From: a virus
IMG/VR virus record: IMGVR_UViG_3300029915_000040
Strand: one strand, 5' to 3'
Length of the DNA stretch: 48,586 nucleotides
A program made the position numbers and the translations under genes. Shown here in pieces: positions 24,233 through 31,003 of the stretch; within the stretch, counting starts at the first letter, position 1; every line of letters begins with the position of its first letter. The notes under the pieces are model-generated. The model had not been told where the DNA came from. It worked only from the letters and a program-made list of their open reading frames with translations, and ran no database searches.

Positions 24233-24778
24233 CTACGGTTTCTTGGCAGCGTCCGCGTAGAAGTCGCTCAGCGTGCGCACCTGGATCGGCCCGCCATCCT
24301 TGCCGGTCACTTCGGTGCGATCAGTGAACAGCTTCAGGTACTTGCCCAGCAATTCAAGGCTTGCCCGCTTATCGGTCAATTTGTACTTCTTCAGCAGGCC
24401 GTATGCGTGCTTCTGATCTCCTGTGCCTTCAAACAGTTCCACGAATTCAAAGCCTGCAACCGCCATAGCCGTTTCGTCGTCAAGCTCATGCAGTTGCTTC
24501 GGACTTCCGTCCGATTCAAACAGTTTGCGCGGATCAAAAAATGCCAGCTTTGCGATCTCTCCAAGCACTCTTTCTGCGCTAATCTCTAGTTTCGTGAACA
24601 CTTTGCCCGTTTTCTTGGCAATCTCTGCACGGACCTTAGAATTACTTAGAAGCTGCGCTCCCCAACTATCAGCTCCCTTTTCGCTGTAACCTGCTTTAAT
24701 TGCCGCACTTGTAGCATTCAGGCTCACACAATACTCCGCCACAAATCGTGCTTGCCGTGCTGTGAGACCTTCAGCCAT
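24233..24778 (-). CDS. terS: Terminase small subunit (Terminase_2-like)
   Basis: 181-aa ORF. The N-terminus (LTARQARFVAEYCVSLNATSAAIKAGYSEKGADSWGAQLLSNSKV) is the typical terS HTH region. Confidence 0.8.
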   Translation of the reverse strand: MAEGLTARQARFVAEYCVSLNATSAAIKAGYSEKGADSWGAQLLSNSKVRAEIAKKTGKVFTKLEISAERVLGEIAKLAFFDPRKLFESDGSPKQLHELDDETAMAVAGFEFVELFEGTGDQKHAYGLLKKYKLTDKRASLELLGKYLKLFTDRTEVTGKDGGPIQVRTLSDFYADAAKKP

Positions 24779-24889
24779 TTACGCAGCCCTCTTCTCCGGC
24801 AAGATCAGCCACCGCTCCGACACAAGCCCGCCCGGATAGCGCACATGCACTACCAGAGAGACTCTCGGCTTGGGAATCGGCTTGACCAT
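24779..24889 (-). CDS. Possible small leader ORF (36 aa) abutting terS
   Basis: Hand-translated as MVKPIPKPRVSLVVHVRYPGGLVSERWLILPEKRAA. An AAGGA motif lies 4 nt upstream, and its TAA is immediately followed by the terS ATG. Confidence 0.25.
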   Translation of the reverse strand: MVKPIPKPRVSLVVHVRYPGGLVSERWLILPEKRAA

Positions 24890-24907
24890 TGTCCTTACCA
24901 TGCGAGT

Positions 24908-24947
24908 ATTCTAGCGCAATTCTGAGATTTCCACAGGATTTCCACAG
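24908..24947 (-). promoter_or_regulatory. Candidate late-operon control region: TAGAAT -10-like box plus two perfect tandem 11-bp repeats
   Basis: On the minus strand, CTGTGGAAATC occurs twice (24926..24947) upstream of TAGAAT (24908..24913). No good -35 is present. The region lies in the divergent intergenic space 24890..25100. Confidence 0.25.
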
Positions 24948-25100
24948 TTATTCGCTCTTTTCGCTTTCATTCCCTCTTTTGACGCTGTACTCTTATCACA
25001 GATCAGTTTGGAGGTTTGGTTATGGTTTTACGTTCGCCGCTACGCGAGTAGGGTCCGGGGAATGTGTCCTCGCTTTTAACTATCGTTGAAAGGAAAGAAT

Positions 25101-25349
25101 ATGAATCAGCCCAAAGAGATCGCCCGTCAGACAGTGAATTACATGCTCAACAATGGCATGGACCCAGTAGCCGCTGCTCACCTGCTCATCAGCACAATTG
25201 CGGACGAATGTTTCCCGCATATCGGGATGATAGAAATCGACCGCAAGGGAACGCATTTGCTGTGGCGGGCTGGATACCATCTGGCTTTGCAGCAGCCCTC
25301 CACGCCCTCCGTAGCTCTCAGGGTAGGGTATTGGGCACGCGGATTTTAA
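25101..25349 (+). CDS. Hypothetical protein (82 aa), first early gene
   Basis: ATG at 25101, preceded by GAAAGGAAAG. Confidence 0.5.
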   Translation: MNQPKEIARQTVNYMLNNGMDPVAAAHLLISTIADECFPHIGMIEIDRKGTHLLWRAGYHLALQQPSTPSVALRVGYWARGF

Positions 25350-25406
25350 CGGCTAGTAAGAAAATGGTGCAATGCTTTGCACTAAATCGAATTCGAGGAG
25401 AATGAC

Positions 25407-26153
25407 ATGGAAATCAAGAACATTTACGATGCAGTGATTTTTTTCTCGGCAGCGTTGACCATCAAAGACGCGCTGACAGAGGCCATCAAGGCAAAAACCG
25501 ACCTGCGCGGTGCCAACCTGAGCGGTGCCTACCTGAGCGGTGCCGACCTGCGCGGTGCCGACCTGTACGGTGCCTACCTGAGCTGTGCCGACCTGAGCTG
25601 TGCCAACCTGCGCTGTGCCAACCTGAGCGGTGCCTACCTGAGCGGTGCCGACCTGCGCGGTGCCGACCTGTACGGTGCCTACCTGAGCTGTGCCGACCTG
25701 AGCTGTGCCAACCTGAGCGGTGCCGACCTGCGCGGTGCCGACCTGTACGGTGCCTACCTGAGCGGTGCCGACCTGCGCGGTGCCAACCTGAGCGGTGCCG
25801 AGGATATTCCGGCCATAGCTCTCGCGCAAATACAGTTCATCCCTACCGAGGGAGCGTTTACCGGATGGAAGAAATGCAGAAATGGCGCAATCGTAAAACT
25901 TGGCATCTCCACATCTGCCAAGCGCAGCCATGGGTCAGGGCGCAAGTGCCGATGCTCAGAAGCGAAGTGCCTCGCCATCTTTGACCGTAACGGCAACGCA
26001 ATTGCTGATGCAACCAGCGAATATGATACCTCATTTGTCTACCGTGTTGGCAAAATGGCGGGAAGCTGTCAAGCGCACTGGATACAATCTCCAACTCGCT
26101 ACCGCATCCCGTGTCCTGATGGAAATCGAAAGCCTCACTCCTCAAGCGTTTGA
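25407..26153 (+). CDS. Pentapeptide-repeat protein with an extra C-terminal domain
   Basis: About 24 consecutive A(D/N)L(S/R/Y)(G/C) pentapeptides (DLRGANLSGAYLSGADLRGADLYGAYLSCADL...). These are followed by a Lys/Cys-containing domain (FTGWKKCRNGAIVKLGI...KCRCSEAKCLAIFD). Confidence 0.8.
   Translation: MEIKNIYDAVIFFSAALTIKDALTEAIKAKTDLRGANLSGAYLSGADLRGADLYGAYLSCADLSCANLRCANLSGAYLSGADLRGADLYGAYLSCADLSCANLSGADLRGADLYGAYLSGADLRGANLSGAEDIPAIALAQIQFIPTEGAFTGWKKCRNGAIVKLGISTSAKRSHGSGRKCRCSEAKCLAIFDRNGNAIADATSEYDTSFVYRVGKMAGSCQAHWIQSPTRYRIPCPDGNRKPHSSSV
25513..25722. repeat. Near-perfect 105-bp tandem duplication (7 pentapeptide units) inside the pentapeptide gene
   Basis: The sequence ccaacctgagcggtgcctacctgagcggtgccgacctgcgcggtgccgacctgtacggtgcc... 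starts at 25513 and again at 25618. The two copies differ only near the unit ends. Confidence 0.8.
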
Positions 26154-26198
26154 ATCCTATTGTGCAAATCTGTACCGGAGTCTTTGAAAGGAAATCTA

Positions 26199-26609
26199 AT
26201 GCAAGAGATCGAACTCACACCGACCCGCAAAGATGCGCTGGAATTCGCCGACTACCTGGCCAATCATCCGCAGCCGGAACCAATCCCCTTGGCAGCGCTT
26301 TTCGAACTGGCCGAACGGGCACAGATCAGAGCGGAAGTGGTAAAGATCGTAGCCGAGACGACCCAAATTGCGGACGAACGCATCGACTGGCAGGCCATCT
26401 GCGAACAGCATGACCCGCAGCTTGACGGTCTGAGACTGGACATTGACGCCGAGCGCAAACGGCAGAACGCGCCAATGCCTGATCCGCAATTCTTTCGGGG
26501 CGCAATCAATGGTCTATTGCTCGAAATCATCATCGCCGCTTTCGTATTTCTGATGATCTATGGGCACCGGCTGGCCCTCTGGATCGATTCGTGGAGGCTA
26601 TCGTGGTAG
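26199..26609 (+). CDS. Hypothetical protein with a C-terminal TM helix
   Basis: Trimmed to the ATG at 26199 (MQEIELTPTRKD...). C-terminal hydrophobic segment LLLEIIIAAFVFLMIYG. Confidence 0.5.
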   Translation: MQEIELTPTRKDALEFADYLANHPQPEPIPLAALFELAERAQIRAEVVKIVAETTQIADERIDWQAICEQHDPQLDGLRLDIDAERKRQNAPMPDPQFFRGAINGLLLEIIIAAFVFLMIYGHRLALWIDSWRLSW

Positions 26610-26743
26610 CGCCATACGTGGCGTGTCTGGCGCTTGGCTTTCTGCTGGGCGTAGGTTTCTGGAAGATAACAAACATCATTCGTGATACGCGCTGGCTCGG
26701 GCAGGAACGCCGCAAGGCTGAGCGCAGAAAAGGGGAACTGTGA
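26603..26743 (+). CDS. Small membrane protein (46 aa)
   Basis: Hand-translated as VVAPYVACLALGFLLGVGFWKITNIIRDTRWLGQERRKAERRKGEL. The GTG start overlaps the upstream stop, and there is a GTGA overlap downstream. Confidence 0.35.
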   Translation: MVAPYVACLALGFLLGVGFWKITNIIRDTRWLGQERRKAERRKGEL

Positions 26744-27006
26744 GCTGCTCTTATCACAAAGAAGGTTGTGCATCTACTGGACAAGTGATTGGCGGAAAGT
26801 GGATTTGCCTTAATCATATGCCCGGCGAATTTAACGCCCTGCAAGCCTCACACGAGGCACTGGTAAAAGCGCTTAAACCTTGCCTGGGACACCTTGCTGA
26901 CTATCTAGATAAGTGCGGTCCTAACAAAGCGCAACCATCTCTCGAGAACGCCCTACTCGCCCTCGCCAACGCGGCGAAGCTGGCCCCCAACCCGTACCAA
27001 AAGTGA
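26740..27006 (+). CDS. Hypothetical protein (88 aa)
   Basis: Track ORF with a GTG start in a GTGA overlap. Confidence 0.45.
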   Translation: MSCSYHKEGCASTGQVIGGKWICLNHMPGEFNALQASHEALVKALKPCLGHLADYLDKCGPNKAQPSLENALLALANAAKLAPNPYQK

Positions 27007-27012
27007 GGCGAA

Positions 27013-27117
27013 ATGACTGCTCTACTAGTCCTGTCCGCGCCCACCATGTTGGCCGTGGCTGTCGTGATCGTTGTCTACGCATCCGGCCTGTGCCGGGGAA
27101 AGAAAGGTGTGCTGTGA
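27013..27117 (+). CDS. Small membrane peptide (34 aa)
   Basis: Hand-translated as MTALLVLSAPTMLAVAVVIVVYASGLCRGKKGVL. GAGG lies 4-5 nt upstream. Confidence 0.35.
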   Translation: MTALLVLSAPTMLAVAVVIVVYASGLCRGKKGVL

Positions 27118-27290
27118 TTGAGAAACTCGACCCTAACGATGCCGTTACGCCCTATGCCAAGGCCCGCGCCAGGGAAGATGCGCTACTAAAGGCGCTGAAA
27201 GCGGTTCTGGATCTCCACTGCTCTATGGATATGGGCGAAACTTCTACGCAAGCGCGGCTACTCATCCGCGAGATCGAAGGCTCCCGATGA
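27114..27290 (+). CDS. Small hypothetical protein (58 aa)
   Basis: GTG at 27114 in a GTGA overlap. Sequence VIEKLDPNDAVTPYAKARAREDALLKALKAV... Confidence 0.4.
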   Translation: MIEKLDPNDAVTPYAKARAREDALLKALKAVLDLHCSMDMGETSTQARLLIREIEGSR

Positions 27291-27496
27291 CACTCCGCAA
27301 CGGCTCCTGGACCAACCGAACCGACCCGATGTACGACCACTCCCACGAGATGCCGAGCAAAGACTACTCACTCGCAACTGTGGAACTTGAGCATCACTGG
27401 TGGCAGGACGTACCCTGGGGCCAAGTCGCCGCCGCAATCGTAATCGCTCTCATCATCTTCGGCGCGTGCAAGTGCGCCGGGTGCTTCGACAGGTAG
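27287..27496 (+). CDS. Small protein with a C-terminal TM helix (69 aa)
   Basis: ATGA overlap. C-terminal hydrophobic segment VAAAIVIALIIFGACKCAGC. Confidence 0.45.
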   Translation: MTLRNGSWTNRTDPMYDHSHEMPSKDYSLATVELEHHWWQDVPWGQVAAAIVIALIIFGACKCAGCFDR

Positions 27497-27588
27497 CCGT
27501 ACTGCCCCGCTTTTGGCCCTGCACGGCCCCGATATAGGGATAGACAGGGAAACGGGCATGGACGATTTAACAGGTTCTCAAACCACTT

Positions 27589-27604
27589 GGTGCAATGTTG
27601 CACC
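27589..27604. promoter_or_regulatory. 16-bp palindrome GGTGCAATGTTGCACC followed by T6 (copy 1 of 3); operator/parS-like site or small terminator
   Basis: The arms GGTGCAA/TTGCACC are reverse complements. The 20-mer ttggtgcaatgttgcacctt recurs as its reverse complement at 32007..32026, and with 1 mismatch in the 16-mer at 35922..35937. Confidence 0.5.
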
Positions 27605-27622
27605 TTTTTTGAACGAGGAAAT

Positions 27623-27811
27623 ATGAAAAGCGGAATTCCAACCAAAGATGAATACAGCATAACGGAAGTGGCAACGATCACCGGCTTCTCCCCCTCAACC
27701 ATCCTGCGCTGGATTCTCACCGGCCATCTCAAGGCGCATCGGCTGGGCCTGAAGTTCTGGCGGATAAACCAGCCAGACGTTGCACGCATCATCAACCCGA
27801 AAGGAAACTGA
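27623..27811 (+). CDS. Excisionase/MerR-type HTH DNA-binding protein (HTH_17-like)
   Basis: Trimmed to the ATG at 27623, after GAGGAA. Sequence YSITEVATITGFSPSTILRWILTGHLKAHRLG. Confidence 0.6.
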   Translation: MKSGIPTKDEYSITEVATITGFSPSTILRWILTGHLKAHRLGLKFWRINQPDVARIINPKGN

Positions 27812-27812
27812 C

Positions 27813-28676
27813 ATGGCAACACCTGGAGAGAGATTCGGACGCGGCGAAGTAGACAAGCCGTATCGTCCAGAGACAACCGCCAACGACCCGCGGGAAATCG
27901 TGATCGTGGACGGATGGAATGTACGCGACATGAACAGCGCAGAGACCCGCGAACATATCGCTACTCTCAAGCTGTCCATGCTCACCAACGGCTACGATCC
28001 TACGAAGCCTATCAGTGTGCGCTACGACCGAAAGACCGGAGTAAAGACACTCGTGGATGGGCAATGCCGCCTTACCGCGGCTCGTGAATTGTGGGACGAA
28101 CACCACGAAATCTACGTTCCGCAGATTCGCACCGAAGGCGACGAGGCCCAGCTTACCGCAGCATCGCTTTCGAGCAACGCCGGCCATCCACTCACTCAGT
28201 GGGAAATCGGCGAAGGTTGCCGCCGTCTGACCCGGTTTGGCTGGGGCATCGACAAGATCGCCGCCTCAATCTGCAAGTCCAAGAGATACGTGACTGACGC
28301 TATTGCCCTGAGCAATGTCTCTCTCGATGCCAAGGCCATGCTCTCCGCCGGAACGGTCACGCCTGGGGCTGTCCTGCACGCTGTCAAGGAGCATGGACCT
28401 GACAAGGCGACCGAAGCCCTGCAAGAGGCCATTGCGGCCCAACCCGATGCGCCTGAGCCGCCCCGGGCCACCATCCCCGGCACCGCCAAGCCGTCCAAGG
28501 TGAAGCCGGTCGCCCGTCCCAAGGCCGAAAGCAAAGGCGCTCTGGAAATCAAAACGGTTCTGAAGGCGGTAAAGGCGCTTTTGGCAGGAGTGACGGCTGA
28601 GGAACTAGCAAGCGAAGATGAGTTTGTCGGTGTGGACCGGGTAAAGCTGGCCGCACTCGCCGCGCTTGTCCGGTAA
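27813..28676 (+). CDS. ParB/Srx-domain protein (ParB-like nuclease/partition family)
   Basis: Trimmed to the ATG at 27813. Motifs VIVDGWNVRD...PISV...LVDGQCRLTAAREL, plus an HTH-like segment IDKIAASICKSKRYVTDAIAL. Confidence 0.65.
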   Translation: MATPGERFGRGEVDKPYRPETTANDPREIVIVDGWNVRDMNSAETREHIATLKLSMLTNGYDPTKPISVRYDRKTGVKTLVDGQCRLTAARELWDEHHEIYVPQIRTEGDEAQLTAASLSSNAGHPLTQWEIGEGCRRLTRFGWGIDKIAASICKSKRYVTDAIALSNVSLDAKAMLSAGTVTPGAVLHAVKEHGPDKATEALQEAIAAQPDAPEPPRATIPGTAKPSKVKPVARPKAESKGALEIKTVLKAVKALLAGVTAEELASEDEFVGVDRVKLAALAALVR

Positions 28677-29416
28677 AACAGAAAGGCCCAATCCGGGAGG
28701 AAAGGGCCAATCTGCTTTCAAAAAGGAGGAAGCGGGGATGGACTTCATGTTTTTCCTGCCAAGGTGAACATGAAAGGATAGGTGAGCAGTCTACCCCGCA
28801 AATTGATTATTGCAAATTTCAGAACTTTATGCAAGGATGGAATTGCCAAGGTGAAGATGCTTGATTCCTCGACAATTCGTTGCACCACGTCAAGGCTTCC
28901 GCTTTCCTGCGCCTGGGCATTCCCCGCGAAAGCGAGGCGGCGCGGTTAGATGATCCTGCATTCCCATAGCGTCGTTATGTTCGACCAGGGCCTAAATCCA
29001 GAAATGGGTATGTCTTGGAGCTTGGATGCTGAAACCTTCGGTGTGTCGGGTGGACAGTACGCAGGATTGAAACCCTAGCTGGCGCGTTAACAGACGTGAC
29101 GGCTGGTGGCCGGAGCGTAGGCGTAGAGCAGAGTCAATCCGGCAAGTCAATCACTCCTCCGTTTCAAGCCTCTCTCCAGATTAAGGCCTCAAGCGAGTAT
29201 GGGACAGTCAGGCAAATCACCTTCCGAACGCGGTCTACCGGATGTTCCAACTTCCAGCCCGCGCGGGTAATCACGGTTAGCAGTTTTCACTCTCCCGTAG
29301 GCCGTATTGCGCCCTGACGATGTGAAAACCCTAATAGGGAAGAGCTTGGAATTTCACTGAGTACATCTTCGATGGCGAGTAGGAATTCCAAGAATTACCC
29401 TCAAGGAGACAAAATA

Positions 29417-29709
29417 ATGTGGACTCCAAAGCGGTTTTTCTCCCCTGAGCAAGTAGAAGCGGCCATGACGGCACGCGGTGGATTCAGCCGCCAGTCACTT
29501 GCCAACTCGGCGTACCCTTCCCGCCGCCGAAAGGATGGCGCAAGGCGATCACTCAACAGCCTGTGACCTGCAAAGAAATCGTTCGGCGAGGTCGCAAGTG
29601 GGGCGCAACTATGCCTGTATACAACAGCCCTTACGACAATCCATCACAGCGAACGCCGGAAGAGTGGTATGCGCTCATTCCCAAACTCGCTCATTGGGCA
29701 TTCAAATAA
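29417..29709 (+). pseudogene. Small gene apparently split by a -1 frame change near 29500
   Basis: Frame A reads MWTPKRFFSPEQVEAAMTARGGFSRQSLAN and then a poor tail to 29566. The -1 frame has no start of its own but reads QLGVPFPPPKGWRKAITQQPV...EEWYALIPKLAHWAFK, open to the TAA at 29707..29709. Confidence 0.35.
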
Positions 29710-29797
29710 CCGGATCGGCCCTACTAGAATGAAGTTATCCACAACTTACTTCAATCTTACCCTTGACAACAATCTTACAGCGGAGTAACTTCAACAC

Positions 29798-29938
29798 ATG
29801 GGACAGAAAAAGGCAGTACCAAAGCGGATTTACGCTCTGACAGACAAGGGGCGCGAGAGGATCGCCAAGGCTCAGCGTAGGCGCTGGCGGGCGTTTCGGA
29901 AGGCCAAACAGGAAGCGAAGAAGGAGCAGCGACCATGA
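29798..29938 (+). CDS. Small basic protein (46 aa)
   Basis: Hand-translated as MGQKKAVPKRIYALTDKGRERIAKAQRRRWRAFRKAKQEAKKEQRP. ATGA overlap with the next gene. Confidence 0.4.
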   Translation: MGQKKAVPKRIYALTDKGRERIAKAQRRRWRAFRKAKQEAKKEQRP

Positions 29939-30678
29939 AGGGATTCAAGGGATTTAACAAGCAACTTCAATGCACATCGAACGGCAAGTTGTTTCAGTAC
30001 GAGATCGGCAAAACCTATACTGAACCAACAGCCTCACTTTGTTTCAAAGGGTTCCACTTCTGCTGCAACCCGCTCGATGTGTTTTCATATTATAGTCCAG
30101 CAAATAGCCGCTATACGAAAATCGACGCCGCAGATGTAAGCGATGAAACCACCAAAGAGGATTCCAAGCGCGTAGCAATGTCAATCACTATCGGCGCTGA
30201 ATTTGATCTTAGGTCTCTCATTGGGGAGGCGGTAAAATTCGTCTTTAGCGAAACAGAGAAATCCCCCCCCGGCTGCTCCGCTAACAGCGCCACCACCGGC
30301 AAATTCGCTCACAGCGCCACCACCGGCAACTACGCTCACAGCGCCACCACCGGCGAATCCGCTCACAGCGCCACCACCGGCTGCTCCGCTAACAGCGCCA
30401 CCACCGGCAAATTCGCTCACAGCGCCACCACCGGCAAATTCGCTCACAGCGCCACCACCGGCAAATTCGCTCTATCGAGCGTGAGTGGGAAGAATACTAT
30501 TGCGGCCTCTTTGGGCGTAAAAGGCAAAGCCAAGGGCACGAAAGGTAGTTTTCTTGTGTTGGCAGAGTACGGCGAGGATAGAGCTATCAAGGCGATGGGC
30601 ATTGCAATTGTAAGGGGAAAAATAAAGCCCGATACGTTCTATGTGCTCAAGGATGGAAAATTTGTTGAATCAAAATAA
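29935..30678 (+). CDS. Repeat protein: conserved GFHFC-motif N-terminal domain plus 9-residue (27-bp) tandem repeats
   Basis: N-terminal sequence MKGFKGFNKQLQC...YEIGKTY...CFKGFHFCCNPLDVFSYY, followed by about 7 copies of SATTG(K/N/E)(F/Y/S)AH. Confidence 0.65.
   Translation: MKGFKGFNKQLQCTSNGKLFQYEIGKTYTEPTASLCFKGFHFCCNPLDVFSYYSPANSRYTKIDAADVSDETTKEDSKRVAMSITIGAEFDLRSLIGEAVKFVFSETEKSPPGCSANSATTGKFAHSATTGNYAHSATTGESAHSATTGCSANSATTGKFAHSATTGKFAHSATTGKFALSSVSGKNTIAASLGVKGKAKGTKGSFLVLAEYGEDRAIKAMGIAIVRGKIKPDTFYVLKDGKFVESK
30271..30472. repeat. 27-bp tandem repeat array (about 7.5 units), coding
   Basis: The unit gctcacagcgccaccaccggcaaattc is repeated with few substitutions. Confidence 0.8.
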
Positions 30679-30697
30679 TACGTTGGAGGATATGGCC

Positions 30698-31003
30698 ATG
30701 AACTTTCCAGAATCATTACGAGCGTATGCCAACTGGTGTGATGAGCATCCCACGCTCCAACAGAACGCCAGTATCAACACTTACGGCGAGACGGTGCAGC
30801 AGGCGAAGGGCATCATGCTGGCCGATTCCTGCGCGAAACTCGACCTCTCGACGCATAACGATATCGTGTACCTGAGACAGGTGTTCGGCGAAATCACCGT
30901 GCAGCACGTCCTACTCAAGAATGACGTGTGCAACCTGGCCATCGTAGACAACAAGGTAGTTTCCGTCCTCAAGCCGGAGTTCGCGAAGTTGGTCACGCCA
31001 TGA
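30698..31003 (+). CDS. Hypothetical protein
   Basis: ATG at 30698, 7 nt after GGAGGA. An ATG at 30692 is also possible. Confidence 0.5.
   Translation: MNFPESLRAYANWCDEHPTLQQNASINTYGETVQQAKGIMLADSCAKLDLSTHNDIVYLRQVFGEITVQHVLLKNDVCNLAIVDNKVVSVLKPEFAKLVTP

Noticed and set aside
25500-25800. Possible CRISPR array, also considered for the 27-bp repeats at 30271..30472
   Set aside because: The repeats are contiguous with no spacers. Their periods (15/105 bp and 27 bp) are multiples of three, and they lie within clearly coding repeat proteins.
25353-25931. 192-aa minus-strand ORF with GTAQVGTAQV repeats
   Set aside because: It is the antisense reading of the 15-bp-periodic pentapeptide repeats. 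It has no independent start context, and the sense strand gives a canonical pentapeptide-repeat protein.
28677-29416. Stop-codon reassignment as an explanation for the ORF-free region and the amber-interrupted KTSC gene
   Set aside because: I listed the stops by frame over 28740..29040, and all three plus frames contain a mix of TGA, TAG or TAA. The 34-kb late module has long standard-code ORFs, and the tRNA-like gene has no properly positioned CUA, UCA or UUA anticodon.
29735-29743. Perfect DnaA-box 9-mer TTATCCACA, next to a TTGACA-17-TAACTT promoter-like sequence (29763..29791) and two caatcttac repeats
   Set aside because: A single 9-mer match is roughly what chance allows in about 97 kb of two-strand sequence, and no cluster of boxes is present. 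The promoter-like hexamers would put the start site on the ATG of the small ORF. This is too weak to call an origin or a promoter.
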